The notes under the pieces were generated by a model, which was not told the origin of the DNA, did no database searches, and was given only the letters and a program-made list of their open reading frames with translations. Both the position numbers and the translations under genes were made by a program. Positions 40,348 to 53,648 of a stretch of 64,000 nucleotides of DNA are shown piece after piece. This DNA comes from the human T2T-CHM13v2.0 reference genome, Homo sapiens. The DNA is taken from NCBI RefSeq assembly GCF_009914755.1, contig NC_060927.1; one strand, written 5' to 3'. Position 1 is the first letter of the stretch. Each line of letters begins with the position of its first letter.

Positions 40348-43300
40348 ATTTAGACAACTCTTCAAGTAGACTGAGACATCTCTATAAGTAGACCTAAACA
40401 TATATATATATTCTCAAATTAAACTGCTGGAATCAGAGCTAAAGGCTTCAACAGATGCCTGGATTCAGAGTTATAAGACTGATTCATCTTACTGAAAACT
40501 GCATGCTGGCTACCTGTAGCTAAAACAAAAAATAGCAGAAAGTGGTGGTTTAGAAGGAAGGCAGGTTTACATTGCTTTGGGGATTATTTCATTTTCAAAC
40601 ATGCATTTTCAAATGAAGAAAACTAGAATCAGTGAAATTAAGGCACTTTCACAAAGTTGACTTATGAAAATCCAAGTAACACATTTGGGACAGGAGATAA
40701 ATTAACTGATGTATTTTGTCTTTCCAAATGTAGGATTTTGCAATGAATTAAATAAGTGTTTGAACTTTCCATGCAGGAGGACTATCCTGAATTTTATCAG
40801 AAAATTTTTGGGAATTTGAAATTAAGGTTGTCTTCTAATACTCAAAGGGCCTGTCCTCTGTTTGTGCCTGTTTTTACATTTTTGTCTAAGAGCACTTTTG
40901 TAAACATGTTAGTGGCAACACTAAGCTTACATGTGCTAATAAATATTCACTCCTCTTGTCTTTTTTTTTTTTTCTGACCCTTTGGCTTTTTTCTTCCTCT
41001 GTTTCAGAGAATATGTCCTTATGATTCCTGTCTGGGTCACAGGATTTGTCCTTTTTCCCTGCTGTCACTTAATTGACAGTTTAAACTAGGTTATATTTAA
41101 ATATTACACATACTGCTTACAATTAAGTTATCATTACAGTGAAATTTAAGCTAGAATCAATATTAAGTATTCACCCAAACCATTGCATTCAACTTGATTA
41201 ATGATTGCAATTGATGGCTGTGAATTAAGAATGGCAGGGCATTTAAAAGCATTACAATGATCAGCTACACTTAATTTTCACAGCAATACCCTCTTAGAAT
41301 GCTTCACTTGTAGCCATGGTCCCAGAGTTTAGAGCTCAATCCTAGGATCCAGAAATTGTAATCAGAATTATAAGGCAATTCTATTCTACTCATTGTTTAA
41401 AATACCCAAACATAAGAAGCCTAATTTCTTTAAGTTACTAAGAATATTTTGGCTTTATTGACTGAATTACACAAGTATTTTCTCATATCTTTAACTTTCC
41501 CCTGAAGCTGTCAGATAATAACGTTTCATAATAATACACATAAGAATAAAGGGGTTGACATGGGGTATGTTAAAACTACCATATTTCAACTATTCAGCAA
41601 CAAAGTTTATGTTTTACTAAACTGGTTCATAAATAAAATCAAAAGACAGTAATTTATAACCATGCTTTCAAATTTGGGCTTCGCTTAACTCGTCTAATAA
41701 GTAGAGGTGAAGGATGAATACAAATATACTATGCCTCAGACTTTAAATTGGCATCCACAGGTGACATACAGCTCAGTGTAATATGACATTTGGAATTATA
41801 TTTGGTCTTTTTTTTCTCCAATACCAATAGAAAGATTACCTGATTAGTATATGTAAATTAAATTGAATTTTGTATTTACAGTGAATTCAACAGATTTTTA
41901 AAGGGAAAGATAATCCAATTTGTCTTAAAAATGAAATTAGATTGAAGGATTGATTTGGTGAGCATACAACCAATATTTTCTGCTGGATATTTCTTTTTCT
42001 CTCTCTACTTTTCCAGAGCTGAAAAGATTTCTGGTTTCTTAACTAGCTCTTGTTTTGGCTTTATTCATATCAAAAATGGAAAATAGCCAGTTGTGGAGAA
42101 AATGTTGATGGTTTTGCAAGGTACAGGAATGTAGTTTAAAGTTTAGCTACATATAGAGTCAGCTTTTTTCTCTGCCAAAATGAATAAACCTCTCAGTGAG
42201 CCTCTGAAGTTCACCTTGAAGTTCATGATGGAGTCAACAGAACATTTAAGCACAAAGGGAAAGTAGAGTAGAAGTAAACAGATTTTTGCCAATTACCAGT
42301 TGCAGGGAAACATTATTAATTCTAACCCCACTGAATTGAGACCTTGTAATGTCATTTTAAGTGTATTATTGGGGTGGGGTTAGGAAAGTAAGATATCTTT
42401 GCTAGCTGAAAATACTGCCTGGACATTTCAAAATGTTTATAAAGCACTTTCTCTGGCACAGATTGTTAAGGAAATCAAACTGTTTTCAAACACTTAATAT
42501 AACATCAATCTGCATTTGAAAAATAAGGTAGTTCTGTATTATTACTTTTTAGCAATTGAAAACAGGCTAAAATCTTTCCCATGGATGGCTTCAATCAAAA
42601 TTCTATATATTCAAAGCAAAAATAAGTAATGTGTAAAAATTCCATGATTACCTAATTATCTTCAAAGACATGTTCAAAAATGGATTAAAAATAAGGATAT
42701 TTATATCAAAATGCATTTCTGAACAATTCCGTGTATTTTGAAATAACACGCTATTTTTCTTATTGTCTTGTATTATAAAACATTTAAATATATTGTATTA
42801 TATAATATCAGAAGTATAAAAAATTGAAATGTATTTTATATGTGACAGTAAGTGATATAGTAACTTAGTGATTCTGATATCATATATCTCTTTTGGAATG
42901 ATGTGAAAATAATATGGTGCCAGCAAATAGCTATTGTGGTTATAAAATAACTAAGCAGAGAATCCAGTGACTGTATCTTAAACTCAGAGTTCTCTAATGT
43001 TTGGTCATACTATTGCAAAGGTGCTGAACCAGAAGAACTTGGCTTGCAGAACCAGCGTGAGACTTGAGAACCCTGAGACTGTGCCGTGCCCTGATCCACA
43101 AAGCTGTCAATGCGTAGAGTTTTCAGATCTCAGCAAAAGTTCACCGTAAGGTGTCAAGCACTAGGTGTTTGAAATGTATTATTTCTAATATAAGCGCCTA
43201 ATTAAGTTTTCAAAAACAAAGTCATTTGCAGTTCTCATAGTGTGTACATACATAGTTTATTAAAATTTGCTTTGTGCAATAATGTTTTTAATTTGGTGAA

Positions 43301-46300
43301 AATATCTGAACATATTTAGGATATTCATTATGACTGAAACAATATTTCCATTTAATAATAAAATACATATTCGTATATTAAACCTAATTTGGGTAACGAT
43401 ATGTACAATAATCCATACTTGTTTTACTAATTCATTATGAATCATATAAGTATTTTAGGAATTGTTTATCATCTGTGATAGCCTCACCCTCCATGATAAT
43501 CACAAAGACGTGGTGCTTTGCATATAATCACGATGAAACTTTTTTAGATGAGAATATTGACTATTTGTAAATACACCAGCAATAAAATGTTTTTCAGAAT
43601 CCTTATTAATTTCTTCCTTCTTGATTTAAGGTCCATAAATTACTCTTGTTCACAGAAAGGAATATGTTTTCTAGGACAGTTTAATATTTCAATGGCACTA
43701 TAACAAGATATCTAATGGTCTCATATGAATAACATGATACCCTTCCTTGGGCTTAAATAACAAACACCAATAGATTGCAATGCATTCACTGACTTGTTGT
43801 TTGTTTGTTTAGTAATATGTATTCTTTTTGCATTTTTTGGTCCCTACAACGGTATTTTGGAATTTCTGTTTATAAAGTAATATTTAAACTGTAAGGATTT
43901 AAGAAAGTTAAAAGTATTTCCTTTTTCAAAAATTTTAGCAAGGTTGAAAAAAATCTAATTCCATAGAACAAGAAGAAAATTTGCAACTCCCACTAATAAT
44001 ATCATAGAATTTAGAGATTTTTCAACCACAAACTAGGTTTAGTTACCAGGATGGCTACAGGGTAATTCTGAGTAAATTCAAATATCCTGGAATAGTAGGC
44101 TAATGACATTATTTATTTTACTTGGCACTTCTATGATAATTTTCGCTTCAAATGAACAATAAAAATATGTCTTTAAATAAATACAGTTACTTAAAAATGA
44201 TTTCCCCCCTAAAGTTGGCTGAAGGTTTTTTTGCTCGTGTTGGGACTTTTAATTTATTATTAATATTATTTTTGATTGACAAGTCATAATTGTACACACC
44301 TATGGGGTACAGTGTGATGTTTTTATGTATGTGTAAAATTAGGCACGAATAAATAGTTAATTAGTATATTCATCACCTAGCTTACCTATCATATTTTTAT
44401 GGTGACACATTTGAAATTTACTCTTATTTTGAAATATATAATACACCGTTACCTATAGCCACCATGCTGTGAAATAGAACGCAAAGCCTATTCTTCTACT
44501 TTAAACTTCGTATCTTTTGATCAATATTTTCCCATCTTCGTCTACCTTTACCCTTCCCAGTCTCTGGTAAGCATTATTCTACTCTCTACTTCTATGAGTA
44601 CAACTTTATGAGATTGCACATAGAGGTAAGATCATGTGGTATTTGTCTTTCTGTTCCCCATTTGTTTCACTTAGCATAACACCCTCTAGATTCACGCAGC
44701 CTGTTGCAAATGATAGGATTTCCTCATTTTGCAAGTCTAATAGTAGTCCTTTGTGTACATATGCCACATTTTTTTAACCATTCATCCATTCATGGACACT
44801 TAGGTTGTTTGCTAAGCTTAGCTATTGTGACTAAAACTACAATGAACATGGGAGTGTAGATATTACTTTGATATGTTGATTTTAGTTCCTTTGGATATGT
44901 ACCCAGAAGTGGGATTATTAGACTGTATGGTAGTTCTATTTTTCATTTTTTGAGGATCCTCTAAACTATCTCCCATATTGGCTATACTAATTTGCATTGC
45001 CACCAATAATGTGAAAGAGTGCCCTTTTCTCTCCATCCTCACCAGCACTTTGATAAAAGCCATTCTAACAAGTATGATGTAATCACTCACTGTGAATTTA
45101 ATTTGCATTTTCCTAATGATTAGTAATGCTGAGCATTTTTTCATGTACCTATTGTCATTTGTGTGTCTTCTTTTAAAAATGTTTATTCAGGTCCTTTGCC
45201 CATTTTTTTAAATGGGGTTATTTCTTTTCTTGCTATAAATTGTTTGGATTCTTTATATATTTTGGATATTTACCCCTTATCAGATTTATGGTTTGCAAAT
45301 ATTTTCTCTTCTTCTGTGGGGTGTCTCTTTGCTTTGTTCATTATTCACTTTGCTGTACAGAAACTTTTTAGTTCAATGCCATTTTGTTTTCTTATTTGGG
45401 GTTTTGTTGCTTGTGTTTTTGGCCATAACAAAAAAAATCATTGCCCAGGCCAATGTCATGGAGATTTTCCCCTATATATTCATCTAGTAGTTTTACAATT
45501 TCAGGTATTACATTTAAGTTCATTTTGAGTTCACTTTTCTATATCACCTAAAATATGGTTCTAATTTCATTCTTCCCTTTATGAATGTCCAGTTTCCTCA
45601 ATTTCATTTACTGAAGAGATTATTATTTCTCTATTGTGTGTTCTTGGCATCTTTGTCAAAAATAAGTTGACCCTAAATATGTGGATTTACTTCTGGGTTT
45701 TTTACCATGTTGATGTGTCTGTTTTTATTTCAGTCCCGTGCTGTGCTGATTACAATCACTTTATAATATGTTTTGAATTCAGGTAGTAGATGTCTCCTGC
45801 TTTGTTCTTTTTGGTCAAAATTGTTTTGGCTATTCAAGGCCCTTTATGGTTGATATGTTTTGGGATTTTTTTTTTCCAGTTTCGTATAAAACACATTGCT
45901 GTTTTGATAGAGATTGCACTGACTCTGTAGATTGTTTGGCATATTATTCACATTTTCACAATATTAATTCTTTCAATCCATAAACACAGGCTATCTTTCC
46001 ATTTATTTGTGTTTACTTCAGTTTTTTTTCATCAATGTTTTACAGTTTTTGGTATACAGGTCTTTCACCGCTGGTTAAATTTACACATAAATATTTAATT
46101 TCTTTATTGATATTGCAAATGGGAGAGTTTTCTTAATATTCTTTTCAGATAATTTTTTATGAATATATTGAAATGGTACTAAATTTTTGTGTTTTTATTT
46201 TTATGTTCTGCAATTTTACTGAATTCGTTTATCAGTTCCAATCTTTTTTTTTATGGCGTCTTTAGAGATTTCTATATATAAGATATTTCATCAGCAAATA

Positions 46301-46876
46301 GAAACAATTCCACTATCTCTTGTCCTATTAAAAATGGCTTTTCTTTCTTTCTCTGGTCTAATGCTCTGGCTAGGACTTTCAGTACTATGTTGGAAAGAAG
46401 TAGTGAGAGTAAGCATCCTTTCTTTTCCCTGATCTTAGCGAAAAAGTTTTCAACATTGCACTTTTGAGAATTATGTTAGCCACAGGTTTGTCCTATATGG
46501 TCTTTATTATATTGAGGTATACTCCTTCCGGTCTAATCTACTGAGAGTTTATATCATAAAAATTGTTGAGTTTTGTCAATTACTTTTTCTGCATCTTTTG
46601 AAATGATCATATATGTTTTATGCTTCAATTTTTAAAGTGGTTTATTACATTTATTGATTTGCATATGTTGTACCATCACTGCATCCCAGGGATAAATTCT
46701 ACTTTATTTTATGATGATTATGATGAATGATTCCTTTAATGTGTTCTTGAACTTGGTTTATTTACATTTTCTTGATAATTTTTACATCTATGTTCATCAG
46801 GGATATTGGCCTATAATTTTATTTTCTTGTAGTGTCCTTGTCTTTGAACTTCAGGTTCAAAGTAATGCTAACCTTG

Positions 46877-47244
46877 TGATATAGTTTGACTGTGCCCCCA
46901 CCCAAATCTCATTTTGAATTGTAATTCCCATAATCCCCAAGTGTCATGGGAGGGACCCAGTGAGAGGGAGTTGAACCATGGGATGGTTTCCCCTATGTTT
47001 TTCTTGTAATAGTGAGTGCATTCTCATGAGATCTGAGAACTTATTTTTATAAGCATCTGGAATTTCGCCTGCTGGCAGTCATTCTCCCTCCTGCCACCCT
47101 GGGAAGAGGTGCCTTCCATCATGATTATAAGTTTCCTGAGGCCTCCCAAGCCATGCTGAACTGTGAGACTGTTAAACCTCTTTCTTTTATAAATTAGCTA
47201 GTCTCGGGCAGTTCTTTATAGCAGCATGAAAATGGACTAATGTA
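46877..47244 (+). mobile_element. THE1 (C/D-like) solo LTR inside L1 ORF2
   Basis: tgatatagtttgactgtgcccccacccaaatctc...ggactaatgta; perfect TSD ccttg (46872-46876 / 47245-47249). Confidence 0.95.
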
Positions 47245-49277
47245 CCTTGTAAAATAAGTTTGGGAGTATTCTTCCTATTTCAAGTCTTTTGGAAGAGAGT
47301 AAAAATAATTCTTATTAATTTATCTTGAAATGTTTGATAGATTTCAGTAATGAAGCCATTTAGTCTTTGGCTGTTTGTGAAGGGTGATATTTTGTCGTTG
47401 ATTCAGTGTGTTTACTTGTTGCTTATCTGTTCAGATTTTCTCTTTCTCCATGGTTCTGTCTTGGTAGGTTGCATATGTCTAGGAATTTATTAATTTCTTC
47501 TAGATTATCCAATTAGTTGGCATATCATTGTTCATAGAAGTTTTTATAATCCTTCGTATTTTCATGGTACCAGTTGTAATGTCTCTTATTTCTGATAGTA
47601 TTTGATTATCTTTATTTTTATTCTAGTTAGTCTAAAGTTTTGTCCACTTTGTTTATCTTTTCAAAAAGCCAACTCTTAATTTAGTCGATGTTTCCTCTTT
47701 TTTGTTAAGTCGCTATTTCCTTTACTTTTGCTTTGATTTTTGTCATTCCCTTCCTTCTGCTTAGCTGGCTTCATTTGGATTTGGGCTTAGTTTTTTTTTG
47801 TTTTTTGTTTGTTTGTTTTTTGTTTTTTTCTAAAACCTTGAGGTTTATCTTTAGATTGTCTATTTCAGATATTTCTTCTTTGTCTCTTTTTATAGTTTTT
47901 AATTTAAAGTCTATTTTGTATGACATAAGTATAGTTTTATGTGTACTCTTCAGGTTTTGATTTGCATGAAATTTTTTTTATCCCTTTACTTACAGTCTAT
48001 GTGTGTCCTTACCACTAACATGGTGCTCCTATAAGCAGCATCTGATGAAATCTTGTTCTGTTAAACCCATTCAGTCACTTTATCTTTTAATTGGAGAATT
48101 TAATCTATTTACATTCAAGGAAACTTTTGATAGAATCTTGCTATTGAAATTTTGTAGCTTGTTTTCTGTTTGTTTTCTAGTGTCTTTTTTTCTTTCTTTG
48201 TCTTTTTCTGTCTTCCTTTGTTGTTTAATGGTATGCTTTGACTCTTTTATATATTTTATGTAACTACTCTAGATTTTTGCATTGTGGTTACTGTGAGAAT
48301 TACATATCCTTAAAATAGGCTACTTTAAGCCAATAGCAACTTGCCTTTAGTAACTTTTTACATTTTTACTCCTTCCCCCTACCTCTTATAATTTTGTTAC
48401 CAAAACTTATATTTATTTTTGTAATATATATCCCTTAACAATTTGATGTAGCTATAGTTAGTTGTTTTTAATCTCTTTTTTCTTGAAGCCGTCTATAGGA
48501 ATAAAACTGCATTACACACTATCCTTACAGTATTAGAGAAATCTGAGTATAACTACGTATCACTAATAAAATTGAGTTTTTTAACTTTCATTCTTTATTA
48601 TTAATTAGCATTATTCTGTTTTATCATCTTAAAGGATGTCCTTGAGCAACTCCTGTAAAGCAAGCCCACTGTTAATGAACTCCTATAGCTTTTATCTGGG
48701 AAACTTGTTATGTTTCTCTCATTTCTAAAAGACAGCTTGGCTGGGTAAAGTATTCTTGGTTGGCAGTTCATTCTTTCTTCAGCACTTTCTTTTTTAAATT
48801 ATTTTTTAATTTATACATAATATTTGTACATACTTATGAGATGAATGTGAAATTTTGTTATATGTATGGGACATGTAGTCAAGTCAAAATATTTAGGGTA
48901 TCTATCACCTCAAGTATTTATCAGTCTTATATGTTGGGAACATTTCAAGTCCTTTCTTCTAGGCATTTTGAAATATACAATACATTTTTATTAACTATAC
49001 TAACCTTATTGTGCTATTGAATATTAACATTTATTTCGTCTATCTAACTCAATGTTTGTACCCATTTACCAACCTCTCTTCACCCCTTCTCTCACATACA
49101 AAACATTCCCAGCCTCTGGTATCTATTATTCTACACTTTATTTAAATAAGATAAATCTTTTAAGCTCCTACATGTAATATGTGTCTTACTGTGCTTAATT
49201 TACTTCAGTTACATAATGACCTGAAGTTTTATCTATATTGCTACAAATGACATGAATTCATTCTTTTTTTATGGCAC

Positions 49278-49333
49278 CACACACACACACACACACACAT
49301 ACATATATATACATATATGTATGTGTGTGTGTG

Positions 49334-49380
<47 letters not shown>

Positions 49381-49404
49381 TTGTTGTTGTTGTTGTTGTT
49401 GTTT
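49278..49404. repeat. Compound microsatellite (CA)n/(TA)n/(TG)n followed by the (TTG)n Alu tail
   Basis: ~100 nt of uninterrupted purine-pyrimidine alternation at 49278-49380. Confidence 0.95.
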
Positions 49405-49686
49405 TCTGAGATGGAGTCTCGCTCTGTTGCCCAGGCTGGAGTGCAGTGGCATGATCTTGGCTCACTGCGACCACTGCCTCCTGAGTCCAAACAACTCTCC
49501 TGCTTCAGTGTCCTTAATAGCTGGGACTACAGTCATATGCCACCATGCCTAGCTAGTTATTACATTTTGGGTAGAGATGGAATTTCACCATGCTGGCTAG
49601 GCTGCTCTTGAACTCTTGACAGGTGATCCACCTGCCTCAGCCTCCCAAAGTGCTGGGGTTACAGACATGAGCCACTGCCCCCAGCC
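49381..49686 (-). mobile_element. AluS-type SINE
   Basis: gagatggagtctcgctctgttgcccaggctggagtgcagtgg...gccactgccccccagcc. Confidence 0.93.
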
Positions 49687-52600
49687 AGCCAGATAATATT
49701 TAATTGCGTATATATACCAATTTTTAAAATCCAGTTGTCCATTGATGGGTACTTAGGTTGATTACATATCTCCTATACTGTGAATAGTGCTGCAATATAG
49801 GGTTGCAGAAAACTTTAACGTACTGATTTCTTTACCTTTGGATAAATAAGCTGTTGTGTGATTGCTGGATTACAAATAGTTTTAATTTATGCTTTTGAGA
49901 AATTCCTATATTTTTTTCCATAGTGGCTATATTAATTTACATTTCCAACAACAATGTATAATGGTTCTTTTTTTCTACATCCTTGACAACATCTGTCATT
50001 TTTTATCTTTTTAATAATAGGCAATCAATTTGGGGTGAGATTATATTTCATTGTGGCTTTGATTTGCATTTTCCTGATGATTAGTGATGTCGAGTATTTT
50101 TTTCATACACTTGTTGCTCATTTGTGTGTTTCCTTTTAAGAAATGTCTATTCATATTTGTTTCCCAGTCTTTAATGGATTTTTTTAACTGTTCAGTTTTT
50201 TTAGTTCCTTATATATTCTGAGTATTAGTCCATCATCTGATGAATACTTTGTGATTATTTTCTCCAATTCTACAAGTTGTCTCTACTCTGTTGATTGCTT
50301 ACTTTGCTGTGCAGAACTTTATAGCTTAATATAGTTCTACTTGTCTATTTTTACATTTGTTATATTTGCTTTTGAGGTCTTAGCCATAAAATCTTTGCCT
50401 AGAACAATATTCCAAAGTGTTTTTCTTACATTTATTTCTAGTAGTTTTATAGATTTTGGTTTTACATTTACATTTTAATCTACCTTAAGTTGATTTTTGT
50501 ATTTGATGTGAGACTGGAGTCCAGTTTCATTCTTCTGCATATGAATATCCAATTTTTTTCAGCATTGTATGTTGAAAAGGAAACCTGTTCCCCAATGTAT
50601 GCTCTTGGCACCTTTGTTGAAAATCAGTTAGCTGTAAATAAGTGGATTCTTTAGCTGGGGCATTCTATTTTGTTCCATTGGCCTTTGTGTCTATTTTTAT
50701 GCCAATAGCATGCTGTTTTGGTTACTACAGATTTGTCATATATTTTAAGGTCAGGTAGTGTGATGCCTCCAGCTTGGTTCCTTTTTGCTCAGAATTGCTA
50801 AATTGCTTTGGCTACTGGGGCCCCTCTTCAGTTCTGTATTAATTTTAGAATTGTTTTTTCTATTTCTGTGAAAAAATGTCACTGGTATTTTCATAGGGAT
50901 TGCACTGAATCTGTAGATTGCTTTGGGCAATACGGTCATGTCAATGACGTTAATTCTTTTAGTCCATGAACATGTAATGTCTTTACATTTATTTTTGTCC
51001 TCTTCAATTTCTTTAATTAAAGTTTTGTAGATATCCTTGTAGAGGTCTTTTACCTCCTTGGTTTAATTTATTCCTAGTTATATGTTTTTGTATTTATTAT
51101 AAATAAGATTTTCCTCTTGATTTCTGTCTGTTAGTTCATTATAGGTGTATAGAAGTGCTACTCACTTGTGTATGTTGATTTTGCATCCTGCAACTTTACT
51201 CTTCATCTATTGGATCTAAGAGTCTTCTAGTGGAGCCTTTAGATTTTCCTAAATATAAGATTATGTCATCTGAAAAGTGGAACATTTGACTTCTTATTTT
51301 TCAACATGGATACCCTTTATTTATTTATCTGCCTGATTGTTGTGACTAGGACTTCTGGTACTATGTTTAATAGAAGTGGTGAAAGTGGGCATTCTTGTCT
51401 TATTCCAGTTGTTGAAGGAAAGGCTTTCAGCTTTTCCCTATTTGGTAGAATTTTCAGTTTGGGTTTATTATATATAACCTTTTTATGTTCTTTCTATGTC
51501 ACATTTGTTGAGAGTTTTTATCTAGAAGAAGGAAGGTCGAATTTTATAAAATGCTTTTTCAGCATCTATTGAGATGTTTATGTTTTTTGTCCTTTATTCT
51601 GTTGACATGATGTTTCACAGTTATTGATTTGTATGTACTAAACTATTGTTACATTCCTTGGACAAGTCCCTCTTGCTTATAGTGTATTATCTTTTTCATG
51701 TACTGTTGAATTTGATTTGCTAGAATTTCATTGAGAACTTTTGTGTCTTTGTTCATCAGACATTGACCTGTAGGTCTCTTTTTTGTTGCATTTTTGTCTG
51801 GTTTTAGTATCAGGATAATTCTATCCTCATAGAGTAAGTTAGAGAAAACTTCCTCTTCTTCAAGTTTTTGGAACAGTTTGAGAAGAATTCCCATTAGTTT
51901 TCCTATGTAAGTTCAAAAGAATTCAGCAGTGGTGCTATCCGGTACTGATCTTCTTCAATGGGAGATTTTTAAATTATTTATTAAATATCATTACTTATTA
52001 TTGGCCTGTTTAGGTTTTCTATTTCTTTCCATTTCAATTTTGAAAGGTAATATTTGTCCAGAGTTTTATTTATTTTTTTTTAGGTTTTCCATTTTTTGGT
52101 GTATAGTTGTTTGTACATGGGTTAATGATCTTTTGTATTTCTCTGGTATAAGTTGTAATGTCTTCTTTTTTTTGTTTCTGATTTTATTTATTTAGGTCTT
52201 CTTTCTCCTTTTTAGTTAGTCTAGCTAGGAGTTTACCAACTTTATCTTTTTAAAAGAGTAACTGTTGCATTGATGTTTTGTATTTTTTTTTAGTCTGTAT
52301 CTTGTTTAGTTTTGCTCTGATTTTTATTATTTCTTTCCTTTGACAAATTTTAGGTTTGGTTTGTTCTTGCTTTTCAAGATCCTTGAAGTGCATCATTTGA
52401 TTGTTTACTTGAAACCTATTTTATATATAGGCACTTGTCTCTATAAAGTTTGCTTTTAGAACTGCTTCTGCTATCACATATGTTTTGATATGTTGTATTT
52501 TGGTTTTTATTGTTTCAAGAATTACTTTGATTGTCTTATTATTTTCTTTTTTAACTCATTGGTCATTCAAAGACCATATTGTTTAATTTACATTTATTTG

Positions 52601-53398
52601 TATACTTTAAGGAGTTCCTCTTTTTACAGACTTCTAGTTTTGTTGCATTTTGGTCTAAAAAGGTATTCAACAAAATTTTAATTTAAAAAAAATTTGTTGA
52701 GAGTTTTGTGTCCTAACATATGATCTATTCTAAAGAGTTTTCCATATGCTGATGAGAAAATGTGTATTCTGTAGCTATTGGAATAAGTGTGCTGTATATA
52801 TTAGGCCTATTTCATCTACAGCGCAGTTTAAATCCAATACTTCTTTATTATTTTTCTATCTAGATGACTTGTCTAATGTTGACAGTGGGGTTTTAAAGTC
52901 TCCAACTATTATTGTGGAGTCAGTCTCTCTATTTAGATCTAATATTTTCTCCATGTATCTGGGTGCTCCATTGTTGGTTGCAAATATGTTTTAAATTGTT
53001 ATGCCCTCTTACTGAATGTATCCCTTAATACTTATATAATGATCTTGTCTCTTTTCACTGTTTTCATTTAAGGTCCATTTTATCTGATATAAGTATAGCT
53101 ACTTCTGCTCATATTTTGTTTTTGTTTGCATGGAATATCTTTTTTCATCCCCCTTTTTTTTAGTCTATATGTGTCTTTATAGAGGTGAGTTCCTTGTAGG
53201 CAGCATACAGTTGGATCTTTTTTTTTTTAAATCCATGGAGCCAGTCCATATTTTTTAAGTGGAAAGTTTGATCTATTTACATTCAAGGTTATTATTTATA
53301 GGTGAGGACTTATTCCTGTTATTTTCTTAATTGATTTCTGGTTGTTTTGTATTTTTAAATTCTTTTTCTCTCTTATTTATCTTTATTTAATAAATTAT

Positions 53399-53648
53399 TT
53401 ATTTTCTTGAGAAAGAATCACATTCTGCCTCAAGGCTGGAGTGCAGTGGTGCAATCTCGGCTCACTGCAATGTCTGCCTCAATCTTTCAAGCTATTTTTT
53501 TGCCTCAGCTTCCTGTGTAGCTGGGACTACAGGCAGACACCACCACACCTTGCTTTTTTGTATTTTCCCTTTTAGTAGGGACAGGGTTTCTCCATGTTGG
53601 CCAGGCTGGTATTGAACTCCTGATCTCAGGTGATCCACCCACCTTGGC
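53399..53648 (-). mobile_element. Diverged, 5'-truncated Alu
   Basis: ggctggagtgcagtggtgcaatctcggctcactgcaa...caggtgatccacccaccttggc, then an abrupt return to L1. Confidence 0.9.
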
